Origin: Callorhinchus milii
Taxonomy: Eukaryota
Direction of reading: 5' to 3'
Length of the DNA: 64,000 nt
Assembly: GCF_018977255.1 (NCBI RefSeq)
Contig: NW_024704743.1
Location: 21,764,001 to 21,828,000, forward strand
Positions 40,725-53,432 of this stretch are shown here, in pieces; position 1 is the stretch's first letter, and every line of letters begins with the position of its first letter. Position numbers and translations under genes: made by a program. The notes under the pieces are model-generated. The model was not told the DNA's origin. It did no database searches and was given only the letters and a program-made list of their open reading frames with translations.

Positions 40725-41822
40725 ATAGGCACAGGAGAAAGCCATTCAGCCCCTCGAGCCTGTTCTGCTATTCTATAAGATCTTGACTGATCTGTACCTC
40801 AACTCCAATTACCTGCCCTTGCCCCATATCCCTTGATACCCTGATCTAACAAAAATATATCCACCTCAGTCTTGAAAGTTTGAATGGAGCCAGCATCCAC
40901 AGCATTTAGGGGAGAGAACTCTGGATTTCCACTACCTTTGGTGAAAAACTGCCTCCTGATTTCACTCCCAAATGGTTTAGAACTAATTTTAAGATTATGC
41001 CCCCTTGTTCTGGATTCCCCCACCAGAGGAAATCATTTCTCCTTATCTACCCTATCAAATCCTTTTATTATTTTAAAAACCTTGATTAGATCACCCCTCA
41101 ACCATCCAAACTCAAGGGAAGAAAAGACCAAATTTATGCAACCTGTCCTCATAATTAACCCTTTAAGCCCTGGTATCATTCTAGTGAATCTGCGCTGCAC
41201 CCCCTCCAGAACCAACATATCCTTCCTGAAGTGCGATACCCCAAACTCCAGATGGGGTCTGATCAAGGCTTTATACAGTTAAATCATGATTTCCTCTCCT
41301 TTATAGTCCAGCGCCCTTGAGATAAAGACCAACATCTCATAAGCTTTTTTGATAACTTTTTGTATCTGTGAGCTCGTTTTCACCAATTTGTGTATGTGGA
41401 CACCCAAATCCCTTTGCTCCTCCACAGTTCTTAGTTTCTCAACCTTCAGAAAATATTCTATTTTGCTATTTTTGGATCCATAGTGGATGACCTCACACTT
41501 CCCCACTTTGAAGTCCATCTGCAACAGTTTTGACCACTCACTTAAACTGTCTAAATGCCTTTATAACTTCCTGCTCCCATCTACACAATTTACTGTGCCT
41601 CCTAACTTTGTGTCACCTGCAAATTTGGACATAAAACTCTATTACTTCATCCAAATCATTTATATTGAGTGCGGATCGCTGACTGTCCAGCACCTTAGGA
41701 CATTCTCCTAACGTGAAAGACGCTATACAAATTGAATTTGTTGTTGTTATATATATATATGGTGAAAAGCTGTGGCCCCAGTACAGACCATTAGAGAACA
41801 CCACTAACCACATCCTGCTAAT
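40725..41822 (-). mobile_element. 5'-truncated CR1 LINE, frameshifted
   Basis: KCEVIHYG, RDLGVHI, IRPHLE, LEGVQRRFTRMIPGL, RGDLIKVFKII, RTRGHNLKI; carries an L2-type tail insert at ~41675-41750. Confidence 0.9.
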
Positions 41823-41829
41823 CAGGGAA

Positions 41830-42177
41830 CAAAATGTAAAATGTAGTGACTGTATTTGTAAGTGAATGTGACAGCCAATTTGCACAAACAATGCCCTACA
41901 AAGAGCCATGAAGTGAATACCAATTTTATCTGGAGGATTGTGGGCCAGGACACTGTGAGTGACTCAATTTTATTTTCAGAACTTCCATGGGATCTTTAAT
42001 ATCCACCTGAAAAGGCAGAAAGTGCCTTAGTTTAACATTACATCCAAAGGATGTCATCTGTGACAATGCAATGCTCCCCCAGCACTGCACTGGAGTATCG
42101 GCCTAGACTATTTCCCAAAGTAGGGCTTGGAACCCACTTCTGACTCAGAGGTGAGATAGCTGAGCCAGGCTGACACA
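41830..42177 (-). mobile_element. DeuSINE
   Basis: ccatgggatctttaatatccacctgaa...tgagccaggctgacac. Confidence 0.72.
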
Positions 42178-42699
42178 AAACTTTGCAAAACATAAGTTTT
42201 AATAGATTGGTTTATCGGGAAAATATGGTACTATATTCTGTTATCAAGTATCATATGAATTTCATATGAATTTGAGGTGAGATTTGCATCATGAATTATA
42301 ATGGAAGTTTAAGGCCATTATTGACTTATACTGGGGTAAATGTTATCTACAAAATGCAATATCAGCAATGCAGAACAACAGTCAGGATGTGGTATCTACT
42401 ATATCTGCTCTGGAAATTCAGATAAAACGTCCAAATTGGGCTTTTAGAGAATAATAATGTTTCATCCCTTTATAACAGACAACCTTCTGTTGAAAATTCA
42501 GATAGATACATTTTAGTATCTATTAAAAGAAGGTTGAATTGTCAGTTAGTTTGCAGGTTGTGTAATAGGGTGGCAGAGGGTGTGTTATTCAGGATGTTTT
42601 TATCAAGGACTAAAGTGACTGGCACTTTTGACAATACATAAGCAACTGAGGTCAATGACAATTTGCACTGCTCCAGGAGAAGCGCAAGTACTCAGCAAA

Positions 42700-43180
42700 A
42701 AGTGACTAGCTACATGCAAAAAGATATTACAGGAAAGATATTAGAGCATTAAAGAGAGTACAGCATGGATTTACAAGGACATTACCAAGAATGAATGGAT
42801 ATAGGTATTAAGAGAGATTGGACAAGTAGATTTTCTCTCTAGAATTTAGATAATTGAGGTGGGATTTGATAGAAGTGTTTAAGATTATAAAATGATTCAA
42901 TAAAATGGATGTTAACAATCTGTTTCCACTTAGTCCAAAACTAGGGGGGAACAAACATAAGATCTATTTTAGATCTAACAGAGAGTTTCGGAGGAACTTT
43001 TTTATGCAGCTGGTGAGAATATGGAACTCAATGTATTTAGGGAGGAAACTTGATGCCCGCGTGAAAGTCCTAAAGGACTATAGGTGAGGGAATAGGATGG
43101 GTGAGGCTTGCGTGAAGTATAAATACCGATACTGACTAGTTGGGCCGAATGGCCTGTTCCTTTGCTATATCACTATGCAT
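42700..43180 (+). mobile_element. Decayed CR1 3' fragment
   Basis: gatttgatagaagtgtttaagattat...gttgggccgaatggcctgttcc. Confidence 0.65.
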
Positions 43181-43894
43181 CTAAAAAAGGGGTCAACATG
43201 CAGAAATAACCTTATTTCACGAGAAGCATTCTCCACGAATATATCAGTTGTCACAATTAACATACTTTCAGTGAATTATGTGATGTACTGTCAAAATATG
43301 TGAGCGGTGTGTGACAGGCTCCTATATATTCTTGGAGGCCCATGCAGGACTTTCTACATTTGGAAATTGGAATGTTTAAAATCACACATTGTGAAACCCT
43401 GCAACACTGTTTGACAGGAGAAGCTTTTTGTAAACAGTCTGACACAGTGACGCAGATCATTTGTACTGAAAGAAATTGAAAAATAAGAATGCAGAAAACA
43501 CGGATTATAGCTTTCTACATCGATGAAACTGGTGATCAATCCAAATAACTACATCAGTAATAATTATAATCCTTGCCTTTGATATACTGTTTTTCATGTC
43601 AGGACATCATTATATCAATACCAAATGAAATTGGTCATTCACTTCATGCCTGTTGCAGGACATTGCAGTACACAAATTGGCTACCATTTATCACTGCAAT
43701 CATACAATCAAAATGTCTCAACAGTCTGACTAATGTAGATGCAACAACAAAATGACAATTCTATAGCAGCTTTCACATCGAGAGGATGTCCCAAGGTGCC
43801 GGTCAGGAAGTTGGACCTGAGCGGAGGTGTGGGTGGGGGGGAAGTTGGGATCAGGGAGGGTAGAGGGCCAGGGTGTTCGGAGGATGGCCCAAGG

Positions 43895-44792
43895 CAACAA
43901 CAACAACAACAAGATTCCATTTATAGAGCGCCTTTCACGTCGGGAGGACGTCCCAAGGCGCTGTACAGTTGGGTCAGGACCCGAGCAGGGGGGAAATGGT
44001 CAGGGGGAGGGGAGGGAAGGGAGGGAGCGAGGAGGGGGTGGAGAGTCGAGAGGGGAGCTGAAGGCTCGGTCAAAGAGAAAGGTCTTGAGACCGGCCTTGA
44101 AGGAGGAAAGGGAGGAGCAAGGCGAAGGCACTGGGGGATAGAGTTCCAGAGCCTCGGGGCTGAGAGGCTGAAGGCCCGGCCACCGATGGTAGGGCGGTTG
44201 GGGCGGGGGATGTGGAACAGACCGGAGCCAGAGGAACGGAGGGTACGGGCAGGTACGTGGGGGGATAGTAGGTCAGAGAGGTAGGAGGGAGCAAGACCGT
44301 GAATGGCCTTGTAGGTGAGGATGAGGATCGTGAATTCGATCCTCTAGGGGATGGGGAGCCAGTGGAGGTGAGCGAGGGTGGGAGTGATGTGGTCCCGAAG
44401 CCTGGTGCGGGACAGTACACGAGCTGCAGAGTTCTGAATGACCTGCAGCTTGTGGAGGGAGGTGCCGGGAAGTCCGGCGAGGAGAGCGTTCCCATAGTCC
44501 AGCCTTGAGGTGATAAAAGCATGGACCAGAGTTTCAGCAGCGTGAGGGGTGAGGTAGTGCCATAGTGTTGCGACATTCCGGAGGTGATGGAAGGCGGTGC
44601 CAGTTGTGGCGCAGATATGAGGGAGAAAGGACAGCTCAGGGTCGAACAGAACTTCGAGGTTCCTGAACGGCTTTGAGAGGTTGAGAGTGCAGCCTTGGAT
44701 GCTGATGCTATCAGCGCCTGAGGTGTGGAGGCGCTGACGTGAGCCAATCAGGAGGGCCTCAGTTTTACGCACGTTGAGCTGAAGAAAGTTGT
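43895..44792 (-). mobile_element. Young 5'-truncated L2, adjacent to an older L2 tail (43742-43893)
   Basis: [13 protein letters not shown]...SRLDYGNALL...LHWLP; (CAA)n tail. Confidence 0.93.
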
Positions 44793-46099
44793 TACAGTCG
44801 AAGAGGAGAATCTTGATGTAAAGGGTGAAGGCTTGATGAGGAGGATGTAAAGGGATTTGTAAAAAAGGTGGGAAAATGGGATGACAAAAAGGTATCTTGA
44901 ATTGACATAATGGAGGAGCTTGCTCGATGCAAGATTGCCTTACTCATGTTCCTAATAGCAGAAAACATCAGAAATGTATTGAATCTGAGTGAGAAAGATT
45001 TGAAGTCTCCATCATGATAAAGAATCACAGGGAATCATTGCCCCGTGCTACTCTTTCCTGCCTGACCAACCTGCTTCAGTATTCCAAGCATTTCCTGTTT
45101 TTCCCAATTCAGTTGGCTAATTCAGTTTAACAGAAACTGACCAAGCACACTTTGCTTCTCAAATTAAACCCTTTATCTTACACTGACAAAATAATCAATT
45201 CAAGGAGCGTTATTTTATTTTTATTCGATAAGTAAATATGATTTAGTGACCGATGCAGCTGCTGTAACAAGATGTCCGATGCAACACAAGATGCCCCAAC
45301 AATGGGAAGTCAGGTTCCTATCACACAGGGAAACCTTTACAATGAAACCATGAATGTGAGAGAAAGCAAACCTCTATTTAAGAATCTCAACTGACATCCT
45401 CTGAGCCACGAATTATAGGCAAATGGAGCGGCCCTTTCATGTGTTCATGCTTCTGTGATTCTCATTTACAAAAGGATCAATAGCTTTCATTTTATCTCTG
45501 AAGGACAGCTTGAAATCTACCAACTAGCACAGAGCAGAAACTGCCTGGACTGATGCCACCTCCCGGGATTGAATAAGAATTTCTATAATGAGAGTAACTT
45601 GCTAATCATTCTTCTAATGGATTGTGTGTGATGGTACAAGGACATCTTTATCTAAGAGCCATGCTACACTTATGTGAAATATAATAATTCTTCCATATGT
45701 TGTAGTGCCTTATCACGTTGTGTTTCTTATTAGTAACCGTGTGTTTGTTAGCAAACGCTGCAGCCAATTTGCGCACATTGATGTCCCACAAACAGCTACG
45801 TGAACCAATGACCAATTTTTTTTTATCTGGGGAATTGTTGACCATGACGGGAGACACTCCCTTCACTTTTCCGAATAGTGTAACAGGATCTTTAACATCC
45901 ACCTGAACAGGCAGATGGAACCTCTGAAAGAATGACAGCTCTGACAATGCAGTGTTCCCTCAGCCCAGATCATGAGCTCAAAGTCCCTGATGGTGGGCAC
46001 CCGCAACTTCTAACTCAACTGAGAGGATGTTACCACCGCTGCAAGGCTGACATCTATAATACTTTTATATTATAGGGCTGGGAGTTAGAGAAATCACCT

Positions 46100-46350
46100 C
46101 TGTGTGGGACACGCACACTCTGGGGTCCCCCAAGCCTTGGCTCTTGCCAACCTGTAGCTAATTCTTTCCGGAATTAGTTAAGCAGGATCCGTCTCTCCAG
46201 GGAGAGAGTGCGCATTCCATTGCAACATTCTCTCTCTGGGATTTCCACGTGTAGGTGGGATGCATGGAAATCTCGGTTTTGTTTGGATACTCTTAAGCAT
46301 GGTGATGGATTTCCGCATGTATCAGACACCCGGCTGACCAAAAAAAAAAC
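46100..46350 (+). repeat. Family X repeat, ending ctgacc plus an A-run
   Basis: caagccttggctcttgccaacc...ggatactcttaagcatggtgatgg...cggctgaccaaaaaaaaaa. Confidence 0.72.
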
Positions 46351-46654
46351 ACTGTATGAAAATTTAAGAATTTGTGCCACATTTTTGAAACTTCTTCAAT
46401 TCAGTCACAATACTGGAAGATGGTTTTCTGCAGTGCTGGAAAACCAAAGTTTTTTCTGCACAAAATTCTGCACAATCTTAAATTCTAACAAAATGAATTG
46501 TGCTCTGCAATTCCAAATGTTGTCCTTTCTACTTTGTGACAAAAAGGCTTGAAACAAACGAGTCAAGACTATCCAACTATACTCCTCCCCATCCCCGGAG
46601 AATGCTGGGATATTGTGAAAATAGTAAAAACATAAATAAATCATGTCATCAAAT

Positions 46655-46940
46655 AACCATGAAGTGATTGAGGAATTTTATTTGGACAATTGTTGCCCAG
46701 GATATCAGGAGAAACTCCCTCTCTTTTAGAATAGTCTTATGGAATTTTTAATATCCACCTGATAAGATGGATAAGATCTCAGTTTAACCTCCATCTAAAG
46801 GACAGCTCCTTCAACAATACAGCGCTCGTCCAGTAATGCAATGGAGTGTCAGGCTAAGACTTTGTGCTCGGACTTTAGGTTTGGACCCACAATCTTCTGA
46901 CTCAGCAGTGAGAGTGCTAATAACAAGCTAGGCTGACACT
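46655..46940 (-). mobile_element. DeuSINE 5' two-thirds
   Basis: ggagaaactccct...ttctgactcagcagtgagagtgcta...ggctgacac. Confidence 0.68.
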
Positions 46941-47779
46941 TCATCGATATCTCAAAATGATTACCATGGCCATGAAAATCATGGTCAATATGATTTTCCA
47001 AAGTATCCAATTGAGTACACAAGGATATAAGTACATCCGCAGCTTGATATTAATACTTCATGCAACCCGATGCTTTCTGTGCTCCTGAAGCTTGTGAATT
47101 TGGGAGGTGGGATGAAAAAAGATGGTTCAGAAGGAAAGACCAGGATTTATTAAGAGGAGCTTTGAGGGATGGTTGAATATTCTGGGGTCTGATACTCTTT
47201 GGAAAGCTAGGAGGTATATCCACACCAGGATTTGGGGTAAAGTCAGTGTTGCGGTGGGCGTTGGATGGTTTGTGAAAGATTTCCCTTCGTTTATTCTAAA
47301 ATGGTAACAGTGTCTTAGAGAGCAAAGCGCCTAACACCCGGAGAAGGCACAAGTTTCACTATAATGCACCGACTGGGAGGGGGCCAAACTGTGCATTATA
47401 AGTGCAGTGTGCTGGCCTGACAGTCTTATTGATTTCCTGTAGAGGTTTTGTGTAGCTAGCACTTATACAAGAAATCAATAAGATTTATTTATCTACATTT
47501 TCCCTTTTAGCCTGCTGCCTCCCACCTCTTTGACGGGGGAAGGTGTAACCAAAATACCCAGGGCCTGCCAGTCTGCTCGGCACCAGATTTTAAACTTGAT
47601 TTTAGCAGCCGACCAAAGCTGTGAATTGGCTTGTGCGGCTTTTAATCATGGCCTAACAGCAAACTCCTTCTTAGGACACATATTCAGTGTCGCATACCGG
47701 CGACCTTGTATACACGCTCCTTTGTCCTCTACTCTAAGGTGTGAAATGCAGGTGGAACTTTCAGACCTTTTGCCTCCAT

Positions 47780-48935
47780 TGCCAGGGCACTGCTAATGGC
47801 AGCACAGCCAGCCTGGCTCATCGGCACGACCTGGAAGGGCAGACCAGTCACTGGGGCCAGGGAACCCTCCCACTCAGCTCCTGCTAACCCTGCAAGCCAA
47901 AGTCTTAACGGGTAGAGTGGCCCTAGCTGGATATGCAGCGGGAAAGCTTGCCAGACAGTGGTATCAACGGCAAGCCATGCAGTTTTAGCTGGTTAGACTC
48001 CAGCAGTACCCCAACGCACACTCTGGGCTCCTCAAGCCTTGGCTCTTGCCAAACTGCCAACACTCTACCTCAATGAGCCAGTCTGGAATCTTGGTATCTT
48101 GTTTGGTCCTCAACTGTCCTTTCTAACTCACATCTTAAATCGGGAACAGAAACTGCTCTTTATTACAGTAGCGTGTTTAGTGCTGCTGCTCGGCTGAACC
48201 GTGACTAACCAATCGGCCCAGCGGCTCAGGTCACTACAAAGGACACCTTGCATTACACTGACCGACTCACTCAAGTCAAGGATGAATGGTGTATGAAATT
48301 CAGTGTCCACAGTATTCCAGGGCACTGCTGATGACAAGCCAGGCAGGCTAGCTTATTGGCAAGATTTGAAGCAGTCTCCTGTCACTAGGAGTAGGGAACA
48401 AAAACAGAAGTCGCTGGGAACACTCAGCAGGTCAGGCAGCATCTATGGAGAAAGGAAAGTGAGTCAACGTTTCGGGTCCACGATCCTTCATCAGAACACA
48501 AAGGGTCATGGACCCAAAACATTGACTCACTTTCCTTTGAATCCCTACTTCTGGTGAGTCACCCGAAACATTGACTCACTAAGAGTAAGGATTCTTCCCA
48601 CTCAGCCCCTGCCAACCAAGCAAACTGAAGCCGTAATGGGTAGGGTGATCCTCGGTGGACAAGTAGTAGGAAGCTTGCCAGATGGTGCTTTCACCAGCAA
48701 GCTAAATGGTTTTAGCTGGTTAAATTCCAGCAAGCTTGGGCTCTTACCAACCTGCGCCTAATACGCTTTTCAATTAGGTAAGTGGATGCCTCCTTCCATA
48801 GAGAATATATATTCTATGCCAGACAGAGGGAAATTTCTTCATGTATGTGGCAGACATATGTGGCTCTCAGTCTGCTTAGATAGTCTTAAGCATGGTTATG
48901 GGTTTCCACGTGTGAAGACACCTGGCTGACCAAAA
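47780..48935 (+). repeat. Two family X copies (47780-48065 and ~48290-48935); the second is interrupted by a Penelope-type fragment
   Basis: Both contain ccagggcactgct...aagcttgccaga...ttttagctggtta; the second ends ctggctgaccaaaaa. Confidence 0.68.
48398..48575 (-). mobile_element. Penelope-like terminal fragment with a minimal hammerhead motif and an inverted partial copy
   Basis: Minus strand: gttCTGATGAaggatcgtggacccGAAAcgttgactc...agatgctgcctgacctgctgag. Confidence 0.72.
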
Positions 48936-49109
48936 AGTATCCTTTGGGAAAATAACATGTGCTTGTTGGTTAAGACACCAAGGAAAAACTTCCACTCTTC
49001 TCATCCACCTCAACAGGCAGAGAGGACCTCGGTTTAACATCTCACCTGAAGGTTGACAATGCCAGCAATGCAGTCCAACCCCAATACTGTATGAATTATC
49101 AGTCTAGAC

Positions 49110-50755
49110 CAGGAGTGGGCAATTTTATTGGCTGGCGGGCCACTTCAAGAGTTTTGGTAAGCTTCGCGGGCCACACACTTAATATAGATACAAATGCTTA
49201 ATAATAGCTCAACATCAAGTCTTACACTTGTAAAAAATACAAAAAAAGTGAATATAATTGACATTCATTAAAATTAGGTTAAATAAAAACAACTCATTGA
49301 GCAGACATTTATTCAATATTTATTCATTTATTCACATATTGATGAGAATGTGAGAAGCTCACTCAATGGGAAGAATGAAAACGCTGATGTGCATTAACCA
49401 GACAATTGAAGTCAGGCATTGTCTCCCGTTGTTGCAATGCAGAGTACTGCTGCAATGTGGTCATCAGTCATCACACTCTATGTTTTGATTTACTGAATTT
49501 CATCACAGAACATGTCTCCTTGCATATGTATGTTGATCCAAGCAGCAAAAGCATCCTCCGGGCATTAGCCTTTATTTTTGGAAAGGTATATTCATTAAGA
49601 GAGGTGTAAAAACTGGGAAGCAGAACTGATTTGAATTGCTCCACAAGCAATGGATCACATTGCAGGTCAATAAGCTTGAATTGGAGGTCAAATGGGGCTT
49701 TGTCAACATCAAATGAAAAAGGTGAAGAGACGAAAGACGGGTCATTTTCGATCAAATTGAAATCCTGGAATCGGCGAGAAAATTCGGCATGTAAGTCAAG
49801 TAGTGACGAAGTATACATTTTACGGCTTTGATTGCAAACAGTAATCTGCTGCAAAGTTGGAAAGTGGACGAACAGCCTGTTTCCTATCTGACGCGATAAA
49901 AGAAATAATTTCATCATAAATGACTTGACACTGCAATACAAATTGTGCACAAAGGCCCTCTTCCGTTGCAGTTTTGAATTCAGTTCATTCATGTGGCCCA
50001 TGATATCAACGGCAAATGCAAAATCAGAGAGCCAATACGAATATTCAGCTGTGGGAAATCCGAATCTTTTTGTTTCGTGTCCAAAAATAAATCAATCTCT
50101 GTTCTCAGTTCACACACTCTTTTCAAGACCTTTCCTTAGCTAAGCCATCTTACATTTGTGTGATACAGAACATCCGTGTGCTCGGATTCCAATTCCTCAA
50201 ACAGAGTTACAAATTGCCTATGGTTTAATCCTCTTGCTCGAACGTAGGTGACCAGTTTCGTAACTGTGTCCCCGACATTGGTGAGTTTTAGAATAGTCTT
50301 ACAGAGCACCTCTTGGTGGATAATAGTGTAGAAAAACAATACTCTGTTCTGGATTTGTTTCTTTGTCTTGATCTTGAATTCTTTTCAGTAACCCAACATT
50401 TTTGCCTGTCAGATTCAGGCTTCCATCGGTGGTCACATTCACCAATTTTTTCCACTCCACTCCTAATTTTAAAATACACTTATTTATTGCCTCCAAAAAG
50501 TCTTCTCCAGTTGTTTGAAAATTTGCCGATCCGTACATTTCTGACGTCAACCTGATTCAATACTTAAGGGAGCGTGTGCACAACTAAGCAGTGTAATTGG
50601 CTGATGTTCCCAGTCTGATTCAAATGCAAAATTTGTGCAACTTTCTGGGACTGAACGAACTGTAATTTTTTCTATTGCTAGACACAATGATGGGCCGGAT
50701 AGGATCATTTAGAGGGCCGGATATGGCCCGCGGGTCATATTTTGCGCACCCCATG
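49110..50755 (-). mobile_element. hAT (Charlie/SPIN, GTF2IRD2-like) DNA transposon, internally deleted, with a pseudogenised transposase
   Basis: Perfect TSD gtctagac (49102-49109 and 50756-50763); TIRs caggagtgggcaa / ttgcgcaccccatg; peptides VTTDG, IIHQEVLC, LYHTNVRWLS and GSTYICKETCSVMK in different frames. Confidence 0.92.
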
Positions 50756-52177
50756 GTCTAGACTATACAAAGTGGCCCACAGTCATCTGACAGAGACGAG
50801 AGTGCTGCCGACTGAGCCAACCTGACCTCTTTCAAGTAAGTGTACATAACGATTTAGAAAAGACAGAAATATTTTACATGAGGTGAAATTAATATTTGCA
50901 CTAACTTTGTAGGGAAGAATATAGGTCAAGTTTGTCAAACAAAAGGCATATAATTTGTTTTATATTTCTGCTAACTGTATTCTCCTTCATTGCACTTAAA
51001 TAAGACCTTGCTTGTATGGGTTGTCACCGAGAAGGATAATTGCCTTGTATAATCTGTAACTGAGCTACAGCCAAGCTCAGGAGAATCTAATGAGTGATTC
51101 ATTCCTCTACCTCCCACCTCCGTGTACAAGTCTTCTAGGTTTGGCGCAGCACTGATCGTGATTGTTAAACACAAAGCTTCCTCTTAAAAGTGCAGAAATT
51201 GGTTTCAAAACTCGGATACAACATGGCCTAGTGGCAAAACTGGTTTCATTTCAAAGCAAAATGTAACAGTAACTTTGGTTTGTTGTGACATGCTGTCGTC
51301 AAAATAAAGCAGTCTAAGCTTAGGACTGGGCTGGTAATATTGGGGCTTTGTGAATTTCATTCTTCCATTCAATCTATAAACTCTCTGTAACAATAGAACA
51401 AAGTAAGAAGAATGCTTACACTGTACCCGCTTTCTACTCTTTAACAATTATGCAATATGTTATATCACAAATGATCACACTTCTGCAATTCAAAACACAA
51501 CCAAGCCAGTTACAGACCAAAAACACACAGCCAAATGTTACCAATTCAGTATCAGAGGATCAGTGAAAATTCTCACCACAGCTGTTGCGATTTAATTTGC
51601 TGGAAACTCTCCACGGCATCTTTGAGATGACAAATCCTTCCAACTTAGATCTCCCTGAGTGTATCAACCTTCACATCCTGCTCTTTCCCCAGTCAATCTT
51701 TTTCCTCCAAGGATTGTTGGCCAGGAAACCTGGAGAAACTCCCTTTTCTTTTTGGATAGTGCCATGGGAACTTCAACACCCAACTGGACAGGCAGATGGA
51801 ACGTCGGTTTAATATTTCTTCTGAAGGACTGCACCTCTCTGACAATGCACTGCAGTGGAGTATCAGGTTACAGTGTTTCAATGACTTTTCTACACTTGCT
51901 TTCTTTGGTGAACACAATAGCCATAATAAAAATGAGCCACTGCATCTTAAATAAATTTGAACGTACCAAATATATTTATATTCAGAAAGAAACAATGGAG
52001 GTTTTGTGTGACGTTGCCAAAAACTCTAGCATTCTGGACATCATCATTCTCTACAAATGTGTTCTGCAAGGCTTCTATCTGAACAGTCAAATAGCTTTCT
52101 ACGTCAAATAGGCAGAAATGTTACTAATATTTCTCACCAACAATTTTTGTTCATTTGTATGCATTTTATAATAAAAA

Positions 52178-52530
52178 GTAATAATCCTTGCATTTCATAT
52201 AGCTTTTCATGTCTTCTAGACATCTCAAAGCGCTTCACAGAATATACTGTAAAGTGAATTGACAATATTTGCAGGCAAAATGTGGCAGCCAATTGCGCAC
52301 AGCGGTGTCCCACAAACAGTCGTGGATTGAGTGATCAAATTATTATTATTTTTATTATCCTCGGAAAAGCGATCCACCAATTGACTAACAACCGGGTTCC
52401 TATTTACTGCTAGGTAAACAGAGGCGTGTGGAGTAAGGAAACTTGTCCAACATTTTGCCCTGCTGGGAATCGAACCCAGGTCTCTCACTTGCGAGGTGAG
52501 TGCTCTAACCATTGAGCTACAGGACTCCAC
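52178..52530 (-). mobile_element. tRNA SINE family A, full length
   Basis: gggaatcgaaccc (reverse B box) and ccattgagctacaggactcc. Confidence 0.85.
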
Positions 52531-53094
52531 ATGCTCCACATTCTACCGGTGTTATTGGCCTGTCTCACACATCTGGGCCATTTCAACTGATGTCTTGTCA
52601 GGTCCCGTTGTTCCTCACTGGCCTGGGAGTGGTTGCAGAATCAACAAAGACTACAATTCTCTTTGAACACAGGAACAAATTCATATTTTGTTAGCCAACT
52701 GACTGACTGCAGCTCATTTTATCTGAATAGCGAGGAATGAATGCTCATTGCCACTGCACCAGGGATTGTAAATTGCTTGAATCCAATTCATTGTCGAGCA
52801 GAACAAAGCCATCCCAGGCCAACGCTCTCGGTGGGTTTCACTGAATGTTGACAATCCAAAACAGAAACAATGTGAAAGCGTTATGACCTCCTTGCAATAG
52901 AATACATATTTATATTTACATAGCACTTTCACGTTAGGAGGACATCCCAAGATGCTTAAAAACAGTTAGCTAAGGCAGTGTAAAGCGGTGTGGGAGAGGG
53001 AAGATGATCCTTGATCATTAATGCAGTTATTCTAAAACCCGTAGTCACTGCAGAATGCCACCACATTAATCGGTGTTGTTTATACCATCAAAGG

Positions 53095-53432
53095 TATCGA
53101 CTGTGTATTTTGCAGGTAAATGTGACAGTTAATTTGCACATGGCAATGCCCCACAAATAACCTTGAAGTGGCCAGTCAATTTAATTGGGGGGATTGATGG
53201 CCAGAACACCAGGAGAAACTCACTTCTCTTTTCGAATAGTGCCATGCAATCTTTAAGGTCCAACTGAGCAGGCAGATGGGACCTCGAATTAACATATCAT
53301 CTAAAGGACGGCACCTCCGACAATAGATGATCTCCCAGGACTGCAGTGCAGTGCCAGCTTAGACTGTGAGCTCAAAGTTCAGTTGTGGGCTTGAACCCTC
53401 TGACTCAGAGGTGAAGGGAGCCAGCCTGACAC
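53095..53432 (-). mobile_element. DeuSINE
   Basis: ggagaaact...gaatagtgccatg...ggacggcacctccgacaat...gccagcctgacac. Confidence 0.75.

Noticed and set aside
43266..43465. Minus-strand segment with a strong acceptor, gtatgt donor and Cys-rich frame
   Set aside because: Spliced to the real exon it reads TAC AAA TGA, and it does not match expected downstream exons.
52455..52530. tRNA-like sequences with A/B boxes (also ~110-181 and 7948-8090)
   Set aside because: They are SINE heads continuous with SINE bodies, not tRNA genes.
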